Shown here in pieces: positions 37,729-49,740 of a stretch of 64,000 nt of DNA. A program made the position numbers and the translations under genes. How positions within the stretch are numbered: position 1 is the first letter of the stretch; each line of letters begins with the position of its first letter. The stretch spans positions 104,408,001-104,472,000 of the forward strand of contig OZ024742.1 in NCBI GenBank assembly GCA_964016885.1, given 5' to 3'. The notes under the pieces were generated by a model that worked only from the letters and a program-made list of their open reading frames with translations, searched no databases and was not told the DNA's origin. The DNA is from Eledone cirrhosa. Its lineage: Eukaryota.

Positions 37729-38994
37729 AAGAAAATGTACATAAATTAAATTAAAAACCAATCTTGGTTTTCTTTTTCTTCTTTCTCTTTTTATTTTGTC
37801 TGATTTAGTTGCTATTTCTCCTCCAACATCCACCCACCCAACATTAAATTGTTGGCTACTCTGAAACATTCTAGAAGTTTTAGTATGACTAAGTTACTTG
37901 TTATTACCATGAACCAACCAACTTGAATTGTGTCCAAAACAGTTTGTGTTTGTTGAGAGAGTTTGTGTAGTAAGCAGATACTGCCAGATAATTCAGAATT
38001 TACAGGCTTCTATGAGATAAGTTGGAACAAGTGATAGCATCCAGTAGAGAAGTGAATGTGTGTAAGATAGAAAGAAATAGCAGAAAACAAAAAGGAACAG
38101 TAAACAAGAATTTATATATATATATATAATTGTAATAAACAAAACAACTGCTGATAAATAATAGAATTTTTAAATATGTTTAACAAAGTGGCAATTTTGA
38201 AGGATGTATGAGGGAGAGAGATGGGGTGGATGAGGAAAGGGAAAGAGACATCATAAATCAAGTGGATAGTTTGAGGCTATATTTTAAAAACTTAAGTACC
38301 ACCACAGCCTATGGCAATAACAATAGTAAAAAGACCATCATGTTTACATTAGGGTAACAATAGAATAGAAATAATCTATATAACTAACCACCTCAGTGAA
38401 TTACCTCAAGATCTGTGCTATACCACGTAACTATCCTACCCTTAATATCTAATGCTAGTAGAGTAATCTATGGATGTATGAACCTGTAACACTTGATGGA
38501 GTTGTAGAGGCAAAAAGATGAAAGACAAAGTTGACCTCAGCGGAATTTAAACTCAGAGCACAGAGAGCCAGAATACAGCTAAACATTCTATCCAATGTTC
38601 TAACAACTCTGCTAATTTGCTGCCTAGGGTTATCTATAGGTAACAGACAATAAACATTTCAGTTTGTGACATGTTAGTTTGGATCTAAATGTCAGGAATA
38701 ACATCGAATTGTTGAGATAGATCTAGGACTAATATCAAGTGTGAGGTCTTTTAACCCTTTTGTTATTAGCCCGTATTTTTAATGAAAAGCATTAACTAGG
38801 GTTTTTTAACACTTTTGACACCAACCTGCCAAAAACAGCCACTATCTCTATGAAACAAAACCTATTTTAAAGTAAGTATCCATATTTTATTACTTTGCTC
38901 AAGGATCTAAAATAAGAGACAAACTCTTCTTCCTTCTGTAAAAGAAGTTAGCATTCTTTTACTACCACTCTGCTGTCTTTCTCCTCCCCTAAAG

Positions 38995-39285
38995 TGTCGG
39001 ACTTCCGTCACTTCCAATGACGAGTGTTCCAGTTGTTTGAATAACAGAACAGTCTGCTCATGAAATTAACATGCAAGTGGCTGAGTATTCCCCAAACATG
39101 TCTACTTGTAATGTATGATACTTCTCATGGGGATTCAACATAAGACAAGTGCAGCAAGACTGGCCCTTTGAATTACAGGTACAACTGATTTTTGCAAGCT
39201 AAATGGACTTGGACAACACGAATCAAACTCATGAGCTTACAATTTTGAGCCAAGCACCCTAAGCACTAAGTCATGCACTTTCACT
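38995..39285 (-). mobile_element. SINE family D
   Basis: Homologous to 24395-24655. Confidence 0.8.
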
Positions 39286-39840
39286 TCTAACTGATGTAAA
39301 GAATAATAAAGAATCACACATTAATAGAGGAGTTGTTAAGAATCAGCACTGTCATGAAGAACAAAGATAATTGTAGCTAAAGAAAACTATGAAAAACACA
39401 CTCAGATTTCATAACAACAATGTCAAATTAGGTTGCACAACAGCAGTTGATGTAGTTAACTTGTCATGCAACAGAAGTGTGCAACTATTTATTATTAAAG
39501 TGGTAGCTAGATGGTAACAGCTGCAGTCATTTTATTACACAGTTGCATAAAGTAAGTAACTGAAATATTAGCCAACTAGATAGGATACACTTTTAGTAAT
39601 AACTGGTAGTGTGGTGCAGTGGTGGCATGATGTGATGTGGTGTAGTATGGTGTGGTGGTGGCGTGGTGAGGAGTGGTACTGTGTGGTGTAGTGTCTTGTG
39701 GTAAGGTGTAGTGTGATGTGGTGTAGTGTCTTGTGGTAAGGTGTAGTGTGATGTGGTGTAGTGTAGTGTGATGTGGTATAGTGTCTTGTAAGGTGTGGTG
39801 TGATGTGGTGTAGTGTAGTATGGTATAGTGTCTTGTAAGG

Positions 39841-40382
39841 TGTGGTGTAATATCTATAGCATGATATACAACAGGTGGTGTGGTGTTGTGTAGCTTTAAG
39901 TGAAAAGTGTGGTATCTATAATAGTATGGTATATAACAGGTGGTGTTGTGTAGCATTATGTGTGAAGTGTAGTATCTATAATAGTATGGTATATAACAGG
40001 TGGTGTTGTGTAGCATTATGTGTGAAGTGTAGTATCTATAATAGTATGGTATATAACAGGTGGTGTTGTGTAGCATTATGTGTGAAGTGTAGTATCTATA
40101 ATAGTATGGTATATAACAGGTGGTGTTGTGTAGCATTATGTGTGAAGTGTAGTATCTATAATAGTATGGTATATAACAGGTGGTGTTGTGTAGCATTATG
40201 TGTGAAGTGTAGTATCTATAATAGTATGGTATATAACAGGTGGTGTTGTGTAGCATTATGTGTGAAGTGTAGTATCTATAATAGTATGGTATATAACAGG
40301 TGGTGTTGTGTGGTGTAATATAGTGAGTGTTGTGTAGCATTATGTGTGAAGTGTAGTATTTATGATAGTATGGTATATAATG
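39841..40382. repeat. 60-bp tandem repeat, about 9 units (five identical, 39961-40260)
   Basis: TGTGAAGTGTAGTATCTATAATAGTATGGTATATAACAGGTGGTGTTGTGTAGCATTATG; preceded by a (GTGTR)n low-complexity tract at 39605-39840. Confidence 0.98.
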
Positions 40383-40831
40383 TAAAAAACAGTGATGGGA
40401 TGTTATGTAGAATAACAGACATTAATAACTAAAGTTTTGTTGGTTCCAACAACTTAGAAGTTGGGATTATAAGCTTCAAAATAGAAAGAACAAAAAAACA
40501 AAAAACAAAAAACAAACACCCGCTATTACTAACATGGAAACAACAGGCTTAAACTGGAATCTTCTAACTGTATAGGAATATGAAGATAAAGAACAAGCAA
40601 TTCTAGTTTAATCATCCAACAAATCTAAAGACAGGTAGAAACAAGAAACCGAGTACTTTCAGCAAAGTCAAGATAACTATCAAACAGATGTTTATGAAGT
40701 ACAATAAAATGACAATAAGATTTTAATGAAAAATACCAGCCTTTAGCACAGCATTTGACCTACAGTTATGTTGCTAGCTGTGCATTCTAATATTTATGCT
40801 AATAAATATAGCTTCTTTTGTAGGTGTTTAA

Positions 40832-41047
40832 CCCTTTAGCATTTAAACTGGCTGTATCCGACCAGAATTCTCTCATTTCTTTCAGTTCAAATCGGTCATA
40901 ACCAGCTGCTCATACTTATGTTAAGGTATTGTTCTCAAAATAAAATCAAAATCTCCTAGATTCGATATTAGCGAGATAATTATGTGAGATAAAGTGTTTA
41001 CCCTAAAAATACAGTAGTAAATATAAAGTAATGAAAATGCTAAAGGG
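40832..41047. mobile_element. piggyBac-type MITE family 1
   Basis: TTAA|CCCTTTAGCATTT...AATGCTAAAGGG|TTAA. Confidence 0.9.
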
Positions 41048-41378
41048 TTAAAATCATTTTTATTTCAATATACAGGAACAATTGGGTTTTCTACAACCAG
41101 TTACATCTGTTTCTTTGGAGAATAAACTGCTTTCAAGATTTTACTACCCCTCTAAATAAATCTATATATGGTTTAATTCTAAGATGCCATGAAAAAAAAA
41201 AGAAGAAAAACAAAAATGACATAAGAACTAGGAGGAGTTTAAACCCTGTGTATATTGACTTTATTGATCTTAAATGTAGTTATTATTGCTCTGATCAGAT
41301 GTAACATCTGGCAGGGTGAAAGCAGGTTTTGGCAGTTGTTCAGTTGCTAATAAAAGTTTGCTATAAATGACCAATATA

Positions 41379-41648
41379 GGTGGCAAATTGGCAGAGTCGT
41401 GAGAATGTTGGATAGAATGAATGCTTTGCATTATTTGTTCCAACTCTCTGCTCTCTGACTTCAAATCCCACCAAGATTAACTTTGTTTTTCATCCATTTA
41501 AGGTCAATAAAAAAGTACCAGTCTAGTACTGGAGTCGATTCTCCCTCTATATCTCTTTCTCACTTCCTTTCTCTCACTCTCTATCCTTCTCTGGAAGAAA
41601 TCTGCTGTATTCAAGCCTGGAAAGGCGATGGGATCCACCAAGTTTAAA
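41379..41648 (+). mobile_element. SINE A2
   Basis: GGTGGCAAATTGGCAGAGTCG..TTCAAATCCC..GGAAGAAATCTGCTGTATTC. Confidence 0.85.
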
Positions 41649-41742
41649 AAATAAAATACATTAGCTGCAAAACTTGAAACAACTGTAATCCCAATTAAGA
41701 GACAAAGTGACATAAACTTGTAACTGAACTTAAGATAATCTA

Positions 41743-41934
41743 CTGCATATATTCGAATAAAAGCCAAGGAATATGTGATCAAAAGAGCAATGATAGAAGC
41801 AGGGGCGCTTATATTTTAGGTCAATATTTTGACGATTTTCACCAACACCAAATCCTATGTAAATAAGGTTTGGATTTTTGCCCATTTCTCAAGATATAAA
41901 ATAGTGGGGTCGGCTTATATTCGAGTATATATGG
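41743..41934. mobile_element. pogo/Tigger-type MITE
   Basis: Degenerate 23-bp TIRs: TA|CTGCATATATTCGAATAAAAGCC ... GGCTTATATTCGAGTATATATGG. Confidence 0.65.
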
Positions 41935-43053
41935 AAAATATGGTTTGAAGAAAGGTGATTGGAATAGAAACCACAAATTTAGGTCTACCAGTTAAAGGTA
42001 GCAACAGAGAGGTTAAGGCAAATGTTGGCAGAGGTGGCTCTTTGTTTCTGCATATATTTTTTTCTCTTTCATGGCAGTGCCTCTGGTAGCTGTCAACTCC
42101 AATTTTCATAAAGGAAAATTATCCACATAAGTCACATCTGATGGTTGGTGGAGGTTAAGGTAGATGTAAAATAAAGGAAATAAGGTAATTACAATAAAGA
42201 TAAATCCAGAAAAATTAGTGTGAAGTAGATTAGGTCTAAGTTTATGGTTGAACTAAAGAAATAGAGACCAACTAAAACTGAAACAAACCTATCCAAAGTA
42301 TGACAGAGTGGACAAATGAATTGGCACCTGACTCCATGAACAGAGACCTTGATAATACCCTGCAATGTTGTTAAGCCTATCTTGTCTCTTTCGGTAGCAA
42401 AAAGACACAATCACTACATACATTAAACAAATATCATTGCACTCTCAACCCGTAAACCAATTAAAGGATAAACAAAAAGAGAATCACAAGAGCTAGATTA
42501 GATGAATAACTACAAACTTGGCATGCAAGCTAACAAGGGAGCCTTTTTGCAGTTGCTTTATCTGCTAGAAATAGCAGTCAAATCTTTCTTATACTATACC
42601 CTTCCTGCTAAAAGAAAACATTGGGCAATGATGAATTTCTAGATATTCTAGTCTGGAAAACAAAACATAGGATGGTCATTGGCTTGAAATAAAACAAAAA
42701 ATTATTGTTGTATTATAAACATGCATTGTATAAATAGTATATGTTGGATGGCCATAGCTGAAATGCCTTTGATCAAGGTTGACCTGGATCTAAACAACAG
42801 ACTTGATATAAAGCAATAAATGTTGTAGTATAAAAAATATATCATGTTTCAGGACATAATGACTAACTAGTAGAATACTAACTACCAAAATGTCTAATAT
42901 GATTAATTTATTTATGAGTGGAGAATTACAAAAGACAATTCTTTTAATTCTACATCACAGAACATAACCTAGCATTGTAAACAAATGCAATGTTTTTATT
43001 AAAAAAAGCAGTCTGCCATGACATAATTAAATTTAAACAAATAAACGTTTTAA

Positions 43054-43275
43054 CCCTTTAGTTGCCATATTCTACTGATAGATGCTCAATTACAATTAAT
43101 TAATGAAAGATCTTGAGGAATTTACTCAAATTATTAATTATTTTATTACTAAGATAGTAACAAAACATATCGTTCTTACATAAACTTATGCTGGATTTAA
43201 GTAGGAGCTTTTTAAAATGGGTTGTTTTGTTTCATAGAACCAGAGCTGTTTTTGACCAGGTTGGATTCAAAAGAG
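43054..43275. mobile_element. MITE family 2
   Basis: TTAA|CCCTTTAGTTGCCATATT...TTCAAAAGAG|TTAT. Confidence 0.7.
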
Positions 43276-45290
43276 TTATTCAAGGCATGGTAAGAAATAA
43301 TACTGAACTACAACCTTGCACAATTGCACCTCTCACAGGCATTTAGTTACACCGGATCAATTTAGGTACACCCCCACCCCCTGTAACTTATGTCTGCAAT
43401 TTTTTTTTTTTTAATTAAAAATACATTTAATTTTAATAAAATGTTGCCCATCTTCCCTTGATACCCTAAGTAAGTGCTTACTATGCTAAATGGTTAATCT
43501 AGCCCTACTCTACTGTATGCACCAACTCCTCTATCACCTCTGTTGTACATGAGAACACACAACAACCAGCACCACAGCATGCTTTTACACCACTGCTTAT
43601 TCATTACTGCATGTGCCAACTCCAAGGTCTGCTGCTTACCATGGATATCAATTTAACTACCAACTCTGTACTTACTGCCAGCTCTCTACTGTTTGTGCCA
43701 ATTCCACTGTCTACCTTGAGTATCAATTCAACAACCTATTCTGTACTGATAGCTATCTACTGTCTGTGCCAACTCAACTGCTTTTTGCTTCATTCAAAAA
43801 GACTAATAGAATAATTAACAATCACATACATGTTTACATTTCTCAGAGAAATTACTACAACTTCATTTTATGAGCTTTTTTGTTTCTTTGATTCTCTGCT
43901 ATAACAAGAATGTTGAAATGTGTGGAGGGTAATAAACTTTTATCCTATATGTGTGTATGCATGAGCATATCCCTGTTGGTGCTGTGTGGCTGATTGGTCA
44001 AGAGGTTAATTTCACAATCATTAAGTCTAGGGTTTGATCCTATTGCATGGCAGGCATCTTGAGCAAATGTCATTTACCACAGCCTTGCGTTGACCCATGC
44101 CTGGTGAATGAAACTTTGAGACAGAAACTGTTTGGAAGCCTGCCAAATGAATTGTACTTATGATTTAAATGGCCAGCCCAGTCAGGGTCACACCGAATTT
44201 CTTTCAGAATTGCATTATGGGCTGATGTGTATATGGAATGTTCAGCCACTTCATGAGCATGTTGCCCCATTGGTCAAACAACTGAACACTCAATGTTGAA
44301 ACAGAGGTCCCTCTTGTGTCCAAATTTTTAGAAAATGTGCACTGTATTTCTGTATGTTATGTGAGGGATGAGTGACACAGATGATGTCAATAGCAGTGCA
44401 AAGCTTCTGATAGTGTTGGGATTGGTGGGGCTTAAATATATATACTGCATTATTATTATTAACCCGAGTTTTTTTTATCACAAATACCAGACTAAGAAAG
44501 AAATTAAAAGCATGATCATACTAACATATTTACAGTCATTAGAAAATCAGTGTAGTAAAAACCAAAGCACAAGTATATTGAAACAAATTAGTGGAGGGGC
44601 TTAAATCTCAAAGGCCCCTTAGCACCAGAAGGCTTGTAGTGATAATAATATTGACAATCCTGGTTAATTAATATTGGTATAATTACCTGCCAGACGTTGG
44701 AGTAGTTTGGGTGATACTAGTGATTTACTGTTTATCCAGATGTTTAATACTATACGAATAAGCTAATTACCAAAAGCAGTTAAATGTTAACTAGTTCTGT
44801 TAGTTGCAATGGTAAGTCTTACAAAAATATCTAACACCTCTGTGTAATACCTATTTGATGTTATAGGAGTCATATTAAAACAGTTGATTCAAAGAAATCA
44901 TTACAAAGTTGGATATTTGTTCCGGGTCTCTGTGTAGAGTTCAAAACTCTCTGAGCATCACTTTGCCTTTCATCTTTTTAGGGTTGATAAAGAAAGTACC
45001 AGCCTAGTTCTGATGCAGCCCTTTTTCCTTCTAGCTGACACATTCTGGATGTTCCAGTGAGGGAAGGTTGAGATGGTGTCTGTGTCTACACAAGACTACA
45101 TCGGCACCTAAAACCCTTAGTCAAAGATTGATACATACTACCAAGTTATATGGAATGATTGTGAGTAACAGGGACAGTTGTTGTAGGAATCATGTTTTCT
45201 ATTGTTTTTAACAATTAGACTAAAGTGTTTTTTAACTATATAGTCAAAAAGGTCACAGAGCTAAAAGGGTTAACGACATGGATCTATTAA

Positions 45291-45500
45291 CCCTTTAATG
45301 TTCAAACTGGCCAAAATTCTCTACCTCTTTCTGTTGAAACGGGCTGTAACTGGTCACTCAAACTGATATTAAGGTATTGTTCTCAAAATAAATACTTTCA
45401 AAATCTCATAGATTCGATATTATGTGAGATAATTATGCGAGGTAAAGCCTTTACCGTGAAAATATAATAGCATATATAGAGTAATGTGAATGCTAAAGGG
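45291..45500. mobile_element. piggyBac-type MITE family 1
   Basis: TTAA|CCCTTTAATG...AATGCTAAAGGG|TTAA. Confidence 0.88.
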
Positions 45501-45691
45501 TTAATAGGTAAAGAAATGTGGCTATGTAAACATCACCTGATTTATTTGTCTGACTCATATTCTAAATTTAATGAAGTGTAGATACAATTACAAAGGAAGG
45601 ATATTAATATCATTCAAGCTTGAACTTTTATTTTAAGAATTTCAAGAATTTCAAGATCTTTAGATCACTGAAATTTTTATTATCTATCTTA

Positions 45692-46135
45692 GAGTGGTGT
45701 ATTGGCAGAATTGATAGCTCTTCAGATCAAATGTCACCATGGTATTTGTTCTGGTTCTTTACATTCTGAGTTCAAATTTTGCTATGGTCAACTTTACTTT
45801 TCATCTCTCCAGAGTATAAATAAAGTACCAGTAGAGTACTGGGCTTGATTTAAACTTTGCCCTTCCCGCAAATTTTGCAGTATATACTGGGTGCATTTTA
45901 TCGTGGCACCAGCACTACCAGCTTTTGGAAATTTAAACGCAAGTTGTTGCTATGTTTACATTCATAAAAATCAATTACTTTCTGAATTTAAATCCCACTA
46001 ACGTCACCTTAGCCTTTCATCCTTTTGAGATCAATAAAATAAGTACCAGTCAAACACTGGGGTCGATATAATTGACTTTCCATAATTGACTTGCGCAAAA
46101 TTGCTGGCTTTGTGCCTAAATTTGAAATCCTTATT
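45692..46135 (+). mobile_element. Two SINE family A copies (one partial)
   Basis: GAGTTCAAAT..TTTCATC..AAAGTACCAG core present twice. Confidence 0.75.
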
Positions 46136-46830
46136 AGGCTGGTGTTTAGAACATAGCTTAAAGGTACTTACTCAAAAGTATGATGGAAGGTTTTTAAATA
46201 AATCTAAATATTTACAACAGGTTATAATTGACAATGAATTGATTTTATGAAAGCACACTTTACATAAATCTCCTTTTAACACTTTTGATACTAACCCATC
46301 CTAAACCTCCTTTTAAAGGATTCCTAAGTTAAACCCTTCCAACACATATTTTTCCTTTTTGTTAAGTTATTTTACAATCTTCATGAAAAAACTGTAAATC
46401 AGTGATAAGGCCAACAGATTTAAAAGTTTGGGAAAATGTGATATAGATAGAAAAAAAGAGAGGAACAGAAGAGAAGAGGAAAGGGAAAGAGAGGGTGGAA
46501 GAGGGAAAGGGAGTAATAGCAAGATCAATGCAGACCTCTTCAGAATAATTTAGCTAATAAAAACTTAGTTTATATATTTATGACAACATAAAAAGTTAAA
46601 CATTTTATGCCAACATAAGAGGTTAAACTGACATATTTTGTTTTATTACAGAGATGTGAGAAATGCTCTGGTTTATTATACAACCATCATTAATTTCCTT
46701 CTTTATAAATGTGGAGTGAGCAAAATCATAAAATAAATAATTAATTTATAATTGCAAAAATGGTAGTAAAAGTATTTATTTTGAGAGTAAGATATTGTCG
46801 AAATTAAATTTCTTTTAAACTATTCCCAAC

Positions 46831-47120
46831 AGGTGGTGATTTAGCAGAGTCAGAAAGAATGCTTTGCATTATTCATTCAGGCTGAGGTCAACTTTGCCTT
46901 TCATCCTTTTGAGGTTGGTAAAAAAGTATCAGTCCAGAATTGAAGTCAATTTTTTTTCTGTATCTCTTTTTCACTTCCTCTCAATTATGCTCTCTCCTTC
47001 TCTGGAAGAAATTGGCTGTTTTCACACATGGTGGATGGTCTCCATCAGGTTTAAAGTACTCAAGATACACTATTTGTCACAATGGCACCCCTATGACTTC
47101 ATCAGGAGTTACAGGTCAAT
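46831..47120 (+). mobile_element. SINE A2
   Basis: GAGGTCAACTTTGCCTTTCATCC..CATCAGGAGTTACAGGTC. Confidence 0.8.
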
Positions 47121-47232
47121 CTGCTTCTCGTATTTTAATGATTTCCTTCAAATGAATGAAAACCAACTATGACAGGATTTGAATTCAGAATGAAATGCAA
47201 CTAATGTAATGAAATATCTCTGCTCATAGACA

Positions 47233-47380
47233 TAGGCGTGGCCATATGGTTAAGGAGTTCACTTTGCAACCACATAGTTTGAGGCTCAGTTGCACTGCAT
47301 GGTATATTAGGCAAGAGTGACCTACTGTTGTTTCCTGTTGAACAATGCCTAGTGAACGAGATCTGATAGACAGAAACACA
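47233..47380 (+). mobile_element. tRNA-derived SINE family E (CORE/MIR-like body)
   Basis: GGCGTGGCCATATGGTTAAGGAGTTCAC..CACTGCATGG..GGCAAG..GTGA..GATAGACAGAAAC; related copies near 10910, 43980, 49000, 53370 and 58770 (-). Confidence 0.65.
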
Positions 47381-48187
47381 CATGTGTGTGTTTCTGCATA
47401 GTCTGTTTGTTTATGCCTTGTAACTTAGTGTTTTAAGTAAGAGATTGATAAAATAAGTACCAGGGATTGATATCATCATCATCATCATCATCACCATTTA
47501 TCATCCAAGCATGGGTTATATGAGTTGTCCGATTGTGAGTCAGGTCAGATAACCTTGTATTGCTCATACAGAAGTGTTTCTGGCTTGGTTTCTATGACTG
47601 CATGCCATTCCTAATGCCAACCACATTTACAGCATGGACTGGATGTCTTTTATTGTGGCATCAAAATGACCACTTTATAGTGTGGACTGGGCACTTTTTA
47701 TCGACTAAATTCTTTCAAAGTAGAGCTCCAGCATAGCCATAGTCTAATAACTGAAACCAGTAAAAGAATTAAAAATGTAACTAAAACTTGCAAACTATAT
47801 AATCCGATACCACTATTTCAGCCACTGCCTCCTTGCCTTTACAGACAAAACAAACATTGGAATCACTTTAGTCATTATACTGTTCTTTACTGCATCTACT
47901 ACAATATACTGTCAGGCATAGGCAACCTTTTTCGAGCAGTGGGCCACATAGGACATGGCTTGTCATTAGGTGGGCTGCATTACTAAAAAAGGTAAAGTTG
48001 ATCTCAGTGAGATTTTAACTCAAAATGCAGAAGTTTTAATCAAATACAGCAAAGCATTTTGTCCAAAGGTCTACCAATACAGCCAATCCACTACTCTTCA
48101 CCACCCTCATTAATAAAACAGTATATCAAGCTTATCACACTATAATATTCTCTCTCTCCCTCCACTATATATATATATATATATATA

Positions 48188-48459
48188 GTAATAATAATAA
48201 TAATAATATTAGTAATAATAATAAATTTGAAGACTAACATCCAAAGAGGGCTCGATAAGGATAAATATATATCAAATATATAAGAACCGTAGAGCAAATA
48301 TTTATTAAAATAACAGATTAAAGTTTAAGCAAAGAATCGCTGCTTTCACCCTTAACGGGATCTTCTGAAATATCCTTGTATTGCTCATACAGAAGTGTTT
48401 CTGGCTTGGTTTTACAGCGATTCTTTGCTTAAACTTTAATCTGTTATTTTAATAAATAT
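48188..48459 (-). mobile_element. Fold-back hammerhead cassette between (TA)n tracts, with captured local DNA
   Basis: Perfect 45-bp inverted arms 48298-48342 / 48415-48459; the loop holds the rest of a hammerhead-like motif plus a 39-bp exact copy of 47553-47591. Confidence 0.75.
48324..48370 (-). ncRNA. Degenerate hammerhead motif
   Basis: ttt-CAGAAGA-t-ccc/gttaa/ggg-t-GAAA-gca/gcgattctt/tgc-TT-aaa; the U4A core change predicts inactivity. Confidence 0.5.
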
Positions 48460-48680
48460 ATATATATATATATACACACACATATATATATATAATCATC
48501 ATCACTGTTAGACAAGCTGTCACATACTGAGGCTAGACTAGTCAAGCGACAATGTCTTGCTATTAAGCTGGATGCCCTTCTTAACACCAACCACTTTACA
48601 GTGTGTACTTGAGCTTTTTATCATAACTCCATCACTACACTTGACAGGATTGACTGGGTGCATTTTGCTTATATATGTAT

Positions 48681-48734
<54 letters not shown>

Positions 48735-49740
48735 CCAGAAAGATATACAACAGCAGCAAAGTAAATTAAATAAAAGCAAAATCAAAACCTTAAAAATAAG
48801 ATAGAAAAGAAAGAATTGCATAAGAAAATCAACTGGATGAGTATCTTTTTGTTTGATATATTTTTTCTATGGTAAAACATTGTAAGTGTTAATTTAGATT
48901 GATTTATGCTAATTTATTGTTTTTTATACTGGTTTTCCCTCATTCTACTTCACTTTTTTATTAACATAACACCTGCTTTCTATTTCAAACCAATAAGTGG
49001 GTGCAGGCATGATCATGTAATTACAAAATTCACTTGCAGTCCATTGGTTCTGAGTTTAAACCCACTGCATGGCACCTTGGACAGATGACTCCTATCATAG
49101 CTTCAGTTCAACAAAACCTTGTGAGTGAAATTGGGAAATCAGAAACTTTGAAGAATCCATTCAAATGTACATGTAATCAGGATAGATGTGCATATTGGTA
49201 GGTAGTGATTTAGAAGAGTTGTTAGGGTATCTGATTTAAAATGCCTCAGTATGTTTTTGGTCTCTGTTTACTGAGTTCAAATCCTACCAAGGTCAACTTA
49301 GCTTCTATCATTTTGAGCTCAATAAATAAAGTACATGTCCAGTACTAGAGTGAATTCGACGTCTATCTCTCTTGCTCTTTCTCACCTTATCTAGAAGAAA
49401 TTAGCTATGTTCAGACTTAGAGAGAGATAGCTTAAACTGCTCAAGGTGAACGGTAGATGACTTATAAGAAAATACAAATAGAGTAACTGGAAAGTAGTTG
49501 TGTCTTCAACAACACATGTATAAAAGAAGAGCTGTTTCTCACATATATACACACAAATATATATGCATGTGTGTGTGTATATGAGTTTGGAACTAGCTGT
49601 TGAAATGGCAAGGGCTCAGCTGCTGGGGTCCCGACTCTTTCATATTACCATACTCTGCTACCCCAAATATTGAGTACTCTGGTGAGAAATGGTCTAACAG
49701 GTTTTTACTGTATCCATTTTGATTTATATATATATATATA

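Noticed and set aside
39576-40340. 254-aa His/Tyr/Thr-rich repeat ORF
   Set aside because: It arises from a 60-bp (multiple of 3) tandem repeat and low-complexity flank; identical units give no sign of codon-level selection.
42189-42410. ORF with faint CR1-like RT resemblance
   Set aside because: No diagnostic RT motif is intact.
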